Below are positions 1-12,149 of a stretch of DNA of 64,000 bases, in pieces. Numbering within the stretch: position 1 is the first letter of the stretch; each line of letters starts with the position of its first letter. The notes under the pieces are model-generated. The model was not told the origin of the DNA, searched no databases, and saw nothing but the letters and a program-made list of their open reading frames with translations. The DNA comes from Eledone cirrhosa (lineage: Eukaryota). The stretch lies in assembly GCA_964016885.1 (NCBI GenBank), contig OZ024740.1, forward strand, positions 249,116,001 through 249,180,000, written 5' to 3'. The translations under genes and the position numbers were made by a program.

Positions 1-179
1 GACAAAAAGAAAATGATGTCATCCATATACAATGTTTAATGGTTAACAGAAAATGTTTCTGTCTTATGTATTGTTGTGTATTGTTTTTGGTGTTATTGTT
101 TTTAGTGTTTTTATTGTTGCTGGTGTTGCACATTGTTATTTTTGTCTATTGTTGTTGTTATTGTTTTAATGTTAGTGTG

Positions 180-492
180 TAATGTTAGTATGCATGAATG
201 GTGAGGCACAGATGTGTTTAAAGAAAAACTATGTATAAGAATAATCAGATGTAATGCATATGGATGATGATAGTTGAGTAAAGAAGGGCCAAGAAATGAG
301 AGGGAAAGGAAGATGTGGTACAGTTAGGTCAAAGAAGACTTGGTTAGAAATGGTGACAGCAATATCATGATGCTGAATCTGAAAAAAGATGACAAAGGAA
401 AGAATCAAAGAGTGGGATGATGTAATGGAGATGACACATCTAACCCAAGTAAGCATGGAGAAGCATAAATTAAAATGATGATGATGATGATG
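180..492 (+). mobile_element. Decayed 3' end of an RTE-clade LINE with (ATG)n tail
   Basis: Resembles RTE 3' ends elsewhere in the window (AAGAAGACTTGG ... AAGCATGGAGAAG ... AAAATGATGATGATGATG). Confidence 0.6.
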
Positions 493-870
493 GTGTATAT
501 ATTGTTATGGTTATATATATATATTATTTGGTTTGTCACTGAGTATTGTTAGTACTCTTAGTACTTACCACTTATATACAACCATATATACTCATGTATA
601 TTTTTCCATGAAAATATGGTGAGAAAACCCAGCATGTGTCTTATCTACTGGAACTACAAAACCTTTGTCTAAAATATATGGTACATTGTAAATGTATGTA
701 AAATATAGGTGTGGTTTATACAAGTGTGTAATATAGGGAAAGCAAGCCACAATCTATATAAACAAGTATTGGCTATATAATGTTTTGGACAATGGTGTTT
801 TTTTTTCATTTTTTTTTTTTTTTTGCTATTGATCTATCTCGATTATCTACTGAGTGTGAGTGTATGCATA

Positions 871-1473
871 TGTAGCGGAAAATCGGTATTCTTTTGATGG
901 GTGTTTGTTGAAATGAATAATGCTATGATTGTGTTGTTAACAATGTTTATTTTATAACAACAATATTCATCTTGAACATCGAGTAATATCTATGACATGA
1001 ATTATCCCTACATTATTCAGTTGACTAACTTTTACGAGTTAGTGTAAAAGGTCTGCTGATGCCTACATGATTATCTCTCACTGACTGCTGCTTCGAGTCT
1101 GTCTGTGTCTGTGGCCGAGAAGGTGATAACCAGAGAGGCCAGGAGAGGGAGATAGCGTGAAAGGTCTGCTACATCGTGAACCTTAACACGGGCTGCTTGC
1201 TTCGGTATCTCTGGTCTTTAGATTCCTTAACTCCTTGTATTTATAATAGTGCTATAGTTAGTAGGATGTGCATATGAGGTTGATTTATGATCAGCCATGT
1301 GGATATCGTCTCCCAGGAAGCTGTGATCAGAGGTCAAGTGTTATGTATGTTTATCATCGTTGACTTGACAGGACAATTGTGGGAACTTTCCAATAATGGG
1401 TGGTCCCAGAGGCGAGAAACCTCAGATTCGGTTTCGAATCTTCGCTGGTAAAATATAGGAGTATTTCGTTATA
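871..1473 (-). mobile_element. Solo LTR, probably Gypsy-like, with 4-bp TSD CATA
   Basis: Starts TGTAGCGGAAA and ends ATTTCGTTATA (imperfect terminal inverted repeat, CA>TA); CATA at 867-870 and 1474-1477; TATAAA near 1240 and AATAAA near 950 on the minus strand, in LTR order. Confidence 0.7.
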
Positions 1474-1479
1474 CATATA

Positions 1480-1746
1480 CATGTAGCTTAGTGATTTGGA
1501 TATTTGGCTCACAATTGAGCAAAACACTTTATTTCACATTGCTCCAGTTCACTCAGCTGGCAAAAATGAGTTGTAACTATAAATTCAAAGGGCCAGACAC
1601 TGTGTCATACTGAATTTCCCTGAGAATTACATTAAGGGTACACATTGTCATTGGAATGCTCAACCACTTGTACATTAATTTCACAAGCTGGCTGTTCCGT
1701 TGATCACATCAACTAGAATTCTGATCATTGGAACCAATGGTGTCCA
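1480..1746 (+). mobile_element. tRNA-derived SINE (cephalopod-type)
   Basis: GCTTAGTG head remnant and TTGAGCAAAACACTTTATTTCACATTGCTCCAG core; homologous to copies at 16083-16375, 56930-57210 and 58650-58990. Confidence 0.7.
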
Positions 1747-1785
1747 ATATATGTGTGCATACACATGTATTGGACACACACACAC

Positions 1786-3592
1786 ATCATTACTGATTAA
1801 TGTCCATTTTTCCATGCTTCCATAGGTTAGACGGGTTGCTCACATCATGTGACAAGTCTGGCCAGCTGGCCGCACCTCACCTCGCTCAGATGGAACAGTA
1901 ATTTGGCTGGGATTTTTACAACTGGATGCCCTTCCTAACACCAACCATGGTTACAGGGTGGAACTGGGTAGCACCATTATGAGGAGGACCTGGCTAGTTG
2001 ACCGCACAGTATGCTGCTCACATCAGAACCATTATTTGAGAGCTGGGTGGTCCCACTATAAGGGAGGTCTAGTCTGTTGGGTGCACCAAGCTTTACTCAT
2101 TGTGGAGCCTTGGGTGGCACCGTTATGAGAGGGCCTGGCTAGTTGGCCACACGGAACCCTGTTCAGAATGGAACTATAATTTGGGAGCTGGATGGTGCCA
2201 CTATGAGGGAGGTCAGGCCAGTTGGCTGCGCCAAGCCTTGTTCATACGGGACTGTATTTTGACTGGGATTTTTATAGCTGGATGCCCTTCCTAACACCAA
2301 CCATGTTTACAGTGTGGAACTGGGTGGTCCTGTTAACCACATCATAGCTTGCTCACACAGGACTGTATTTTGGTTGGGATTTTTACAGCTTGATGTCCTT
2401 CTATTACCAATGACGTTTACAGTGTGGAACTGGGTGGTCTTGTTATGTGACAAGTCTGGCCAGATGGCTTCGCCATATCCTGCTTATAGCGGGACTGTAA
2501 TTTGGGTGTTGAGTGGTCATGTTATGGGGGAGGTCTACCCATTTGGCCGCATCATGCCTTGTGCGTACAGGCCACATTTATGGTGTAGGTTGGGCTGGGT
2601 TGTCTGCTTGGGTCTTTTGTCATATGTTGTAATGTCAGAGGTCTCACTCCTGTGTTATCTCTGTTGAGAGGTTTAGCTGAGCCAGGTTGGCTTTTATCGT
2701 TACATCCCACATTTTCCTTTCCTAGGTCTTCCTGTTTCGGGGCATTCTACAACCTCCAGTGACCTGCACTTTTTTATATATCTGTCATCCTTCATGCGCA
2801 TCACATGTTCAAACCACTGTTGTCTTCTCTCCTGCACACACCATTTGATCCCTCTTATGCCCAGTTTCGGTCTCTATTCATTTACATTTTGCCATTCATG
2901 CACACTACTGTTAACATCCATTGGAGAATGCCGGATTCATTTCTTTCCCATCTCTGTAGATCCTTGGCACGCAGTGCCCATGTTTCGCTTCCATGCAGAA
3001 TTGGTGTGTGCACACAGGCATTGTTCAGCTTGCCTTTTATCATGAGTGAGAGACCTTTTGTAGCTAGCAACAGCAGTAGCTCTCTGAACTTTTTCCATCC
3101 TGATCTTTCCATCCTGAACTGTACTTTCTGTGCATCTACCTTTGCTGCTGATTTGGTTATCCAGGTAGCAGAAGTTATTAACTATTTCTCTAGGGTTCTT
3201 TGTGCATTTAAAGGAGCTTACTGTTCCCTGAGGGTCTTTGCTTACTGTCTCTGTGCAACGTCAACATATGAAGTCCGTGTTTTACTAGCCTGCCTGATTT
3301 CCTGCTACACCTCTTGTGTACCCACAGTTTGAATTTAGGACACCAGATTGAGTTTCTACCTACTCTTTTCCTGCATACAGAGCAGGGCTATTTTACCTGA
3401 GGGAATCAGAGCTATGTTTTCTTTTCTGCTCACTAGGATTTTGGTTTTCCCAGGTTGACTTTAAGGCTTTTTATTTCCAATATTGTGCCTCCATGTCTGA
3501 AATTTCTTCTCTAATTCTGTCAACCAGTCTTAAATTCATCTGTTATAGCCTGTAGGACAATAATGAAGAGGAGGGAACAAAGGATGGAACCC
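1786..3592 (-). mobile_element. RTE-clade (RTE-X-like) LINE, 5'-truncated, with modular 3' UTR
   Basis: Minus ORF 2882-3112 'GWKKFRELLLLL...ILHGSETWAL...ERNE'; (CAT)n tail at left end; repeated GGATGCCCTTCCTAACACCAACCA modules in the UTR. Confidence 0.8.
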
Positions 3593-3606
3593 TGTGTATA
3601 TATATA

Positions 3607-4185
3607 TCATCATCATCATTGTTTAACGTCCATATTCCACGCTTGCATGGGTTTGGACGGGAGTTTTCCCACTTGAGGCAAGAGTGGTTGTCTTGCTCGC
3701 ATAGGACTGTCTGGCGGGTTTTCTACAGCTGGATGCCCTTCCTAACACCAACCACATTTACAGTGTGGAACTAGGAGGTTGTTACCGTGTTACTTACACG
3801 GCCACATTACAGCGTGAACTGTGTGTTTTTTTGTCGTGACACCTACACGACCTCATTTGTTTCGGGCTGGATGTTGTGACACCAACATAACTTTACATTG
3901 AAAGGGGTGGTGTGGATGGGGTGGGGGTAGTGGGACGGGGGTGTATTTTGTTAGAGGTGCCTACTGACTGTAGTAGGTTTCACTTTGTACAAAGGTCTCG
4001 GTCCAGTGACATTGTCTTGGAGAGGTGTAAGTGTGTGAGGTTGGAATTTATCAAGTCGTCCCAGGTTTTTCTGGGTCTGCCTACTCCGTGGCTACCGTCT
4101 ATTTTTATTGCCCTGCACTTTTTTATACAGCTGTCGTCTTTCATGCGCATCACGTGACCATACCAACGTAGTCTTCTCTCGAGTA

Positions 4186-4186
<1 letters not shown>
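3607..4186 (-). mobile_element. RTE-clade LINE 3' fragment
   Basis: 'ERRLRWYGHVMRM...GRPRKTWDD' on minus strand; (CAT)n tail at 3607. Confidence 0.85.
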
Positions 4187-4239
<53 letters not shown>

Positions 4240-4323
4240 ATTTATATTTGTATATATACGTATATATATTTAAAAAAAAAAAATTAGAATTTGATTTCTT
4301 GCCCTCACATAGTGGGTTACATG

Positions 4324-4866
4324 AATGCATTTATGTGTTTTATATTGAATAATAATAATATTTGATTTTTTTGCAAGCAAACCGCCTCATTACACTATGG
4401 TTTTGATGACCACCATTATCCGTTCATTCTAACAATGGCACCGAAGAACAGCCAACATAATTCTGGGTTATTGCCATTTGTCAAGACTGTGTACCTCTCT
4501 GCCACTGCCTTAAACTGTTGAAAATATATATTTAATATTTTCAAAAGTATACATTGGCTGATTAGCCTCATTTGCATACTGAGCGATTTTACAGCTGGCT
4601 TTGCTAAATATTAATAACAAAATTATAATTTGATTTCTCGCTCTCAGACATTATGAGGGAGATCTCGCCAGTTGGCTGCACTATGCCTTGCTGATAGTGG
4701 GTCTGGGTTTCGGCTCGGTTTTTACAACTGCTGGATGCCCTTCCTACTGCAAACCACATTAACCGTGGATGGCTGATGGTCATCAAAAAACTTAGTGTAA
4801 TGAGGCTGTTTGCTTGCAAACAAATTGATTATTATTATTATTCGATATAAAACTTATAAATACATT
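4324..4866. mobile_element. MITE / non-autonomous DNA transposon with ~90-bp inverted arms
   Basis: 4324-4413 is the approximate reverse complement of 4777-4866 (TGCAAGCAAACCGCCTCATTACACTA / TAGTGTAATGAGGCTGTTTGCTTGCA). Confidence 0.7.
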
Positions 4867-4867
4867 A

Positions 4868-5202
4868 AAAAAGGGTAAAGTCACGAATGACCATGAGATT
4901 TGCACCTAGAAAGTTCCCCTCAAAGGCACAAGTCCGGGCAAGGCTGTTTGTGGAAGACCAGCAGTCGCCCATGCATACCAGTCTCCCCTCTTCATGCCAC
5001 CGATGTTGTCCAAGGGAAAGGCAAAAGCCGATACATCTTGGCACCAGTGAAGTCGTAACTCATTTCTACATCTGATTAAACTGGAGCAATGTGAAATACA
5101 GTGTCTTGCTCAAGAACACAATGCAAAGTCCAGTCTGAGAATCGAACTCACAACCTCACGATTATAAGCCCGATGCTCTAACCACTAAGCCATGCACCTT
5201 CA
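4868..5202 (-). mobile_element. tRNA-derived SINE
   Basis: Minus strand begins GGTGCATGGCTTAGTGGTTAGAGC (A-box) ... GAGTTCGATTCTC (B-box), then TGTGTTCTTGAGCAAGACAC core. Confidence 0.85.
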
Positions 5203-5235
5203 TATATAAATACACACACACACATATATATATAT

Positions 5236-5715
5236 CATCATCATCATCATCATCGTTTAATGTCCATATTCCACGCTTGCATGGGTTTGGACGGGAGTTT
5301 TCACACTTGAGGCAAGAGTGGTTGTCTTGCTCGCATAGGACTGTCTGGCGGGTTTTCTACGGCTGGATGCCCTTCCTAACACCAACCACATTTACAGTGT
5401 GGGTCTGGGAGGTTTTTACCGTGTTGCCTACACGGCCACATTACAGCATGGACTGTGTGTTTTTTTGTCGTGACACCTACACGACATCATTTGTTTCGGG
5501 CTGGATGTTGTGGTACCAACATAACTTTACATTGAAAGGTGTGGTGTGGATGGGGTGAGGGTAGTGGGACGGGGGTGTATTTTGTTAGAGGTGCCTACTG
5601 ACTGTAGTAGGTTTCACTTTGCACTTAGGTAAGGCAGGTCTTCTCTATTACTATGTAGCGCCAAAGCTCTCGGTCCAGTGACATTGTCTTGGAGAGGTGT
5701 GTGTGAGGTCGGAAT
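5236..5715 (-). mobile_element. RTE-clade LINE 3' fragment, near-identical to 3607-4040
   Basis: Direct alignment with the 3607 copy; (CAT)n tail. Confidence 0.85.
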
Positions 5716-6959
5716 TTATATATATATATATGATATTTGCAGATATCTGTGTATTTATGTGACTGTTCCACAATGCCAATGAATGTGTGAGAGGGGGGAA
5801 TAAAGAGAAAATAATGGAAAGGCAAAGTGTGATGTGGCTGTTTACATCAAAACTTCGCCGTCTCATTGAAGCATTTTGAAAAGGGAAGAAAATGTAAAGT
5901 ATAAGTGAATGTGAGAGAGAAATAGACATTGAGACTAAAAAAAAGAATTACAGAGGGTGAGAGAAAATGTGTGTGTGTGTGTGAGAGAGAGAAACACTGA
6001 AAGAGACAGAGAAAATAGAGAAAGACACACAGATAGAGAACAAGTGTGTATCAGAGGAGAAGAAATTGAAAGAGAACCCGCACAAAGAGTGAGGGTATAG
6101 CATGAGAGAGACGCTGTATGTTTGCTTCTGTATGCATGTATATGTGCGTCTGTGAAGATATGTGTGCTTGTGTGTGAGTATGTGTGTGCATGTATAACTG
6201 TATGAGATAATACTACGCTATTGAAGCAGTGATCATGGAAGTGAGGGAAGAGATGGGGAAGGAAAGTAAATAAGTATTAGCATAAAAAAAGAAAGAGAGC
6301 GTGTTCTCTCTTCTCTCTCTTATGAAAAATTACGCTTTGTAATTCCAAAACAAACGAACATGAATTTATACTTCTAATTTTTTCACGGAGACATTTGTTT
6401 GAAGATGTTTGCTTCTGTGTGCATGTGTGTGTGTTACTGTGATACTTCTTTGGTGTTCCAAATATAAAAGCACAATATTAAGATCGAAATGTCATTTGAG
6501 CTTATCCACATTGCATTAGCTTTTATAAAGTGGTTTTACACCACTCTTAGAAAGTTAAGCAAAGTTAGGTGATAGTAATTACAACACAAACACATTTTAC
6601 CACAAAAAGACACAGAGCTATTTGCTGTTATCAAAATGAGGTGATGCACAACAACACACTGAGCTCCAATGATTCTAGTCTTCTGTCTACAAGGATATCT
6701 TAAATGAGGTAAGCTTCACCATTGACTTAGATCTCTCTGGCGAAGATATTCACAAAAATTTCACTCATTCCTCATTTAATGCCCACTTTAGCTTTCAAAA
6801 AAGATGCCAAGGAGAAAAATGTCCTACTCTCCACAAGCTCTTTAGATGTTGCTAAAAAGGCAAGAAGAGAGGAGGGAAAATATAGAAGAACAGTATTCTA
6901 CAGTGCAACAAAGGCAAGTACAGGTAGCCAGAGCAAGAGTACTAGAGTCCCCTGCACAA

Positions 6960-7862
6960 TGACAGCAAAGACATGAAAACGACCAGAGGAGGGCTGCTGC
7001 ACGCAGCGCCAATGAGTTTCAAGAGGAAAGAGAAAAACGGTTAACAATTATGTTAACAAAATGCAACCAGCAGAAGCCAAGAAACAAAAGAGGAAATAGA
7101 AAAACGTTTAAACGTTGCAAGACAAAGACTAACTGAGTTGCCAATGAGACAATAGGTCAGCAATAGGCTAGACAAAGAAAAAGCCAGGAGCAAACAGTTG
7201 CTGTAAAACAAAAGAGAGCACCTTTCAAGGGGACTTGGAAAAGATCAGTTTCAAATATGATCCAAAGCATGATTATTGTACAGAGAAATTGATTGATATT
7301 GGAGCAATGTTACAAGAATACAATTTTTGTAAAGGAAAGAAATGGGAAAGAGAAACCATTACTATGTGTTGTGGTGGAGGAACGGTTGTTCTACCGACGT
7401 TTGGTACACCCCCAGATAATTTGAAGGTGTTGCTTTTGGGAAAAACATCAAGGAGCATTGACTTCTTGAAAAATATTAGGAATTATAATTCTGCTTTCCA
7501 AATGACCTCCTTTAGTAGCAATATCATAAGAGAAAGGAACTTCAAGCCAAACTTTAAGGTTCAAGGTGAAGTATACCATTGTATTTGATCTTTGTTGCCA
7601 ACTGAAGGCAAAAATCGACAGTTTTTGCAGTTATATTTTGTGGCAAATTACAAGGTAAACATTTCAAATCTGAAAGAAGAGTTAATCTTTGATCTGCAAG
7701 GTATGTTGAATGCAAACAATAGCTACATCATAAGTTTCAAGTATGCATTAGAATCTGCACCACCCAATGAATATGAAATAGTTATTGATGCAGACAAAAA
7801 GCCTGTTGCTGAAGAGGCCGCAAATGGAGTAGCAGCAATTCTTACTCGTGAGGAGTATAGGA
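6960..7862 (+). mobile_element. Helitron Rep/Helicase N-terminal fragment (pseudogenised)
   Basis: 'MCCGGGTVVLP', 'FLKNIRNYNSAFQMTSFS', 'FKVQGEVYH', 'QFLQLYFV', 'LQGMLNANNSYIISFK', 'IVIDADKKP' are typical Helitron pre-Rep motifs. Confidence 0.85.
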
Positions 7863-8210
7863 GATTTGCATATTAGCAGACTGGCTGATCAGTCAGATCT
7901 GCATATTAGCACATCCACTGATCAGCCAGATTTGCATATCAGCAGACTGGCCAGTCAGTTTACTGTATACGAGCGATCAATGGCCAGCTTTGTCACATTC
8001 AAATAAATAATTTAAAAAATTATCATTCTACATGGCTGAATACAATAAATGTAATCTGAGTTTTTTGAATATTAATAATAATATTTGATTTGTTTGCAAT
8101 TATGCAAACAGCCTCTTTTAAACCATGTCAGTAGAATGGGCCCCTGCTAATATGCAGATCTGACTGATCAGCCAGTCTGCTAATATGCAAATCAGGCTGA
8201 TCAGTCACTG
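7863..8210. repeat. Perfect 49-bp inverted repeat (7863-7911 / 8145-8193), probably Tc1/pogo-like MITE end remnants
   Basis: GATTTGCATATTAGCAGACTGGCTGATCAGTCAGATCTGCATATTAGCA and its reverse complement; both blocks end ...ACTG-TA. Confidence 0.75.
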
Positions 8211-8216
8211 TATATT

Positions 8217-9790
8217 TTAGAAAATATCATATATTTTCACTAGCTCTGACAGTTGGTAGGTGAACAGTGAACTACACTGATGAAGGGTAATACCCAGAAA
8301 CATTAGTGCCCATTCTGCAAACTCATTTGTTCTGCGAATTTTGAGTATCGATGGTTCTGGATTCCACAACATTCTCACAGAGTTTAATGTCTTTTTGTGA
8401 GCCTTTAAGGTGTTACATACCTTCTGATAATCATCTGCATTGTGGAATTGGTCAGTAAACAAATGGTTTGCCCATCTGTAAGAGATGAACCTACAAATTT
8501 CAATAACAAGTCTCTTTTCTCTGGTAGAAGAGTAACATCCAAAAGAGCTAGTATTGCTCTACAATTCCATCTTGCATTGTTCAAGTTAGGTATTTTTTGA
8601 AACTTCACTTCCAGTTTCTTCAAAAAAAAGCAGTAAACTCAAGTTAAATGGAATAGAAATTTCATATCACCATGCCATCCTGCTGTTTCAGTAATCTCTT
8701 CTTTACTATTCTTGAAATTCTTCTTGAGTTGTTCACAGTTATTTACAAGTTCACAGATAAACAGATATTCTATATTGGGCGATGTGTTCTTTCCTCCAAG
8801 TTCGTCATCCATTACTATGCAAAGCACTCGGTCAAGAACATGATGTTGACAGCCAATGAATTTTAGCTTTTCCAGTTTATTTTGAGCAAATAGTCTTTGT
8901 AACTGAACGAAAATCCCATTCCTGCTCCCAGTGTTCACATTTGCAGTGTCTGCAACAATTATTTTTATGCTCTTCCACAAATTGTATTCATCCAGAACAT
9001 CTGTTATGCCTATGATAACAGTATAAACTTTTCCATTTGGTAGACCTAATGCTTCTAACTTAACTTATCTTCTTTCATTCTTCTAAATGAGCACTTGATA
9101 TGCTTCGCCATCAATTCACTTAGCATTAAAACACATTGACCAATTTTCTAAGTGCAGTGTTTTCTTCATTTCTTCTTTAAGTTTAACAGCTTCTTTAATA
9201 GTAAATCTGTAAATACCAGATTGGGGCAGTGTCTCAACATCAATCCCTTAAGATAACTGCTGACAAACATTTGCTATTTTGCTGGTTGATAAGTTTGAAG
9301 ATGTTACTAATTTGGTTTTGCAAAACTTTCGGACTATTCACTCTTTGATTCGGTCTTTCATTCGGAAAATGAAGTTGTTATTGTTGTTACTGTTACTGTC
9401 TTTTGGATGAATTAATAGATTTGGAACTCGCAGTCTTTTCAGTTGAATATCCAACATGTCCTTTGCTTTCAATCTGAAGATGATATAACCGTCTGTTCTC
9501 ACTACACAGCTATTCACTGTGCATGTCATTAATTTTCAGAAAGTTCTAGAAGGCTCCAAAAAGTTCTAGAAGGTTCCAAAAAGTTCTAGAAGGTTCCAGA
9601 AAATCCTAGAAGGCTCCAGAAAGTGATGGTACTACTATACCTATATACGATTTTAGAAATTTTGTGTTGGGGGTGACATTTTAAGAAAAGTAAACAAAAT
9701 TAAACCTTTCTTCATTATTTTTGAACAAAAGTTCATTGGATTATGATACAGGAAATCAATTATTTTGTAAAAAGTAAAAAAGAATAGAGT
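8217..9790 (-). mobile_element. Decayed hAT-like (possibly hATm-type) DDE transposase element
   Basis: Frameshifted ORFs with 'IVADTANVNTGSRNG', 'GCQHHVLDRVL' (CxxH), 'NARWNCRA', 'RTNEFAE'; subterminal 20-bp repeats at 9538-9623. Confidence 0.65.
9538..9623. repeat. About four tandem 20-bp units (AGAAAGTTCTAGAAGGCTCC), transposon subterminal repeats
   Basis: Directly visible tandem array. Confidence 0.85.
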
Positions 9791-9800
9791 TTGAGCTTTT

Positions 9801-11354
9801 CTAGTCAAGGCCTGTCATGCCATCTAGCTTTTTTGTGATTGACCTTTGAGGTGCTTCAATTTTCATGATACTTTGCTTCATGTGGGGGGACCACAGTGGA
9901 CAACAGTATTCAAGGTGGGGTCGGGCAAAAGTAGAGAAGAGAAGGATAAAGGTGTAGATATCTCTCAACTGGAAAGTTCTGAGAATCCAGGAACACATTC
10001 TGCTGGCCATGTCAACTTATGTTATTATCGACAATTATTCCCAAGTTTCTGATGTAGTTGTATGCCGCGAGAGTTTCACCTGAAGAAAGGGAATATGGGA
10101 GTTTCACTGCAGCTTCTTTTCCAAAATGAATCAATTCAAATATATCCTGATTCAGCAGTATATTGTTCTTTTCTGCCCATTGGATAACAGCAAGTAGCTC
10201 TGATTGAAGGCATGTCCAATCACCCACTTTATTGATGATCTTCTGGAGCTTAGAATCCTCTACAAAGATTCTTATGTTGCTGTACTTGATGACGACAGTA
10301 ATGTCATTTATATAGATATGAAAAGAAGTGGGCCCTACACAGCGCCTTGTGGAACACTACTACTGACTTTGGCTGGGCTGCATTTTACTTCTTCCACTAC
10401 ATGTTGGGGTCTGTTTGTCAGGAAACACTTGATCTATTGCAGTAAATTTCCAGTGACACCAATGTTTGATAGGTTTTTTTCCAGTAGAATGTTGTGATTA
10501 ACTCTGTCAAAGGCCTTGCTGAAATCAAGGTAGATGACATCAGTGTTGGAGCCCTCTCCCAAATCTCTTAAAATGTCATCATATTTATGCAGGAGCTGCA
10601 TTAGGCAGTCCCTTCCATTTCGGAACCCATATTGGTTGGAGTCCAGCAGATTTTTGCTTTCAAGAAAATGAATTATTCATGATCTCACCACCCTCTCAAA
10701 TACCTTAATGATATGAGAGGTGAGTGAGATTGGACAGTAATTCATTGTAAGCGACTTGTTTCCCTTTTTGAAAACTGGGACAGAAAGTTTTCAGGTATAT
10801 AACCAACTTCCAGTGAGTTCCTCCACAGATTAGCAAGAGGAGATGCAAGTTGATGTCGATATACCTTCAGGACACAAGCAGGGAACCTATCAGGGCCTAC
10901 TGCAGAATTGTGTTTAGTTTCTTTTATTGCTGCTAAGACATCAGGGGTGCCAAACGTTATGTCCAACTTAGTGTGCTAGGGATTAACATCACTGATACAG
11001 CCCAGATCGGCCATATCAGGATTGCTGAGAACAGAGCAGTATTGTTTCTGCAGTATCTCCTCCATGGTTTTAGCATTATCTTGGAGAGTGCCATTTTCAT
11101 CAATTAGAGGGCCAACAGTGGTGACAGTGACCTTGTGTTTTTTCACAAATGAAAAAAACACTTTTGGATTGAGTTTGATTTTCTCAATAGCCCATTTCTC
11201 CTCAGCTGTTCTTTGGTTATTGATGATGGTCTTTATGCATTATTGGAGGTTATATATTTTTGATTTGAGCAGTGTGATAGCTGTTGAATGTGTGGGTTGC
11301 TGTTGGCAGTATTTTAATTTGCTCATTTTTTGTTTGTTCTTTTTATTTTTCTGA
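9801..11354 (-). mobile_element. CR1-group LINE reverse-transcriptase fragment
   Basis: 'AVGPDRFPACVLK', YLDFSKAFD and VPQG..GPLLF motifs on minus, 'LIHFG', 'FARPHLEYCCPLWSP'. Confidence 0.85.
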
Positions 11355-11594
11355 TAATAAGTAACGCTAATCATATGACAGCTTATATGTCCAATAACTC
11401 TATAAATTATAGAACAACAATAAAAGAAAAAATAATAAACATTTAACTAGAAGTGACTGAAATAATAGCTATACCAATAATCCACACACAAAACAAACCA
11501 ATATACACTAACAACAATTTCAAGCTGAAAGTTTTTCTGATCATGTTTTACATTTTCTTTTCTATAGGAAGTAGTTGTAATTTTCAGTAACAAA

Positions 11595-11692
11595 ATGGCA
11601 TCTATGAAACAAAAAGCTCAGTGTGTTTTCATCATCATCATCTTTGTTTAACGTCCATCTTCCACGCTAGCATGGGTTAGTTTTGTGGTTTA
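11595..11692 (+). mobile_element. Tc1/mariner-like transposase N-terminus interrupted by a 50-bp RTE tail
   Basis: Removing 11630-11684 (insert plus one GTTTT copy) restores MASMKQKAQCVLWF; the insert is a minus-strand RTE 3' end with (CAT)n tail. Confidence 0.55.
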
Positions 11693-11732
11693 TAATCAGG
11701 AAAAGACTTTATGCTCACTCTAGGTGTGTGTG

Positions 11733-12141
11733 TATGTTTAAAAGACAACAGAAGGCTGGATTCCAAATATTCTTTTAATGTTGCAAAATCAGAGTATGTA
11801 TTTCTATGACCTGGTTATGTCATCAGGTGTAAATTGCCAAAATTTGGTAATTAATTACAGGATTACAGCCAACCTAAACAGAGAATAGACTTGTTTCAGA
11901 AATGGCCCACCATTTGGTGTTATTGCTGTGATGAACTGCCACCAAATTCAAATTTATTCTGTTTATGTTTGCTGTAATCCTGTACCTGTAAGTGATTACC
12001 TACTATTTGCAATTTACTCATGATGTTGCCGAAGTCTTACATCATAATCTGATGATGTAACCAAGCCATAGAAATAAATTTTGTGATTTTGCAACATTAA
12101 AAGAATATTTGGAATCTGGCCTTCTGTTGTCTTTGAAATAT
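11733..12141. mobile_element. Palindromic MITE (~400 bp)
   Basis: 11740-11827 pairs with 12048-12136; inner arms 11831-11869 pair with 11971-12016. Confidence 0.8.
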
Positions 12142-12149
12142 TTAATTCC

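Noticed and set aside
5100-5202. tRNA genes (also 20598-20670)
   Set aside because: A/B boxes continue into SINE bodies and no full cloverleaf is present.
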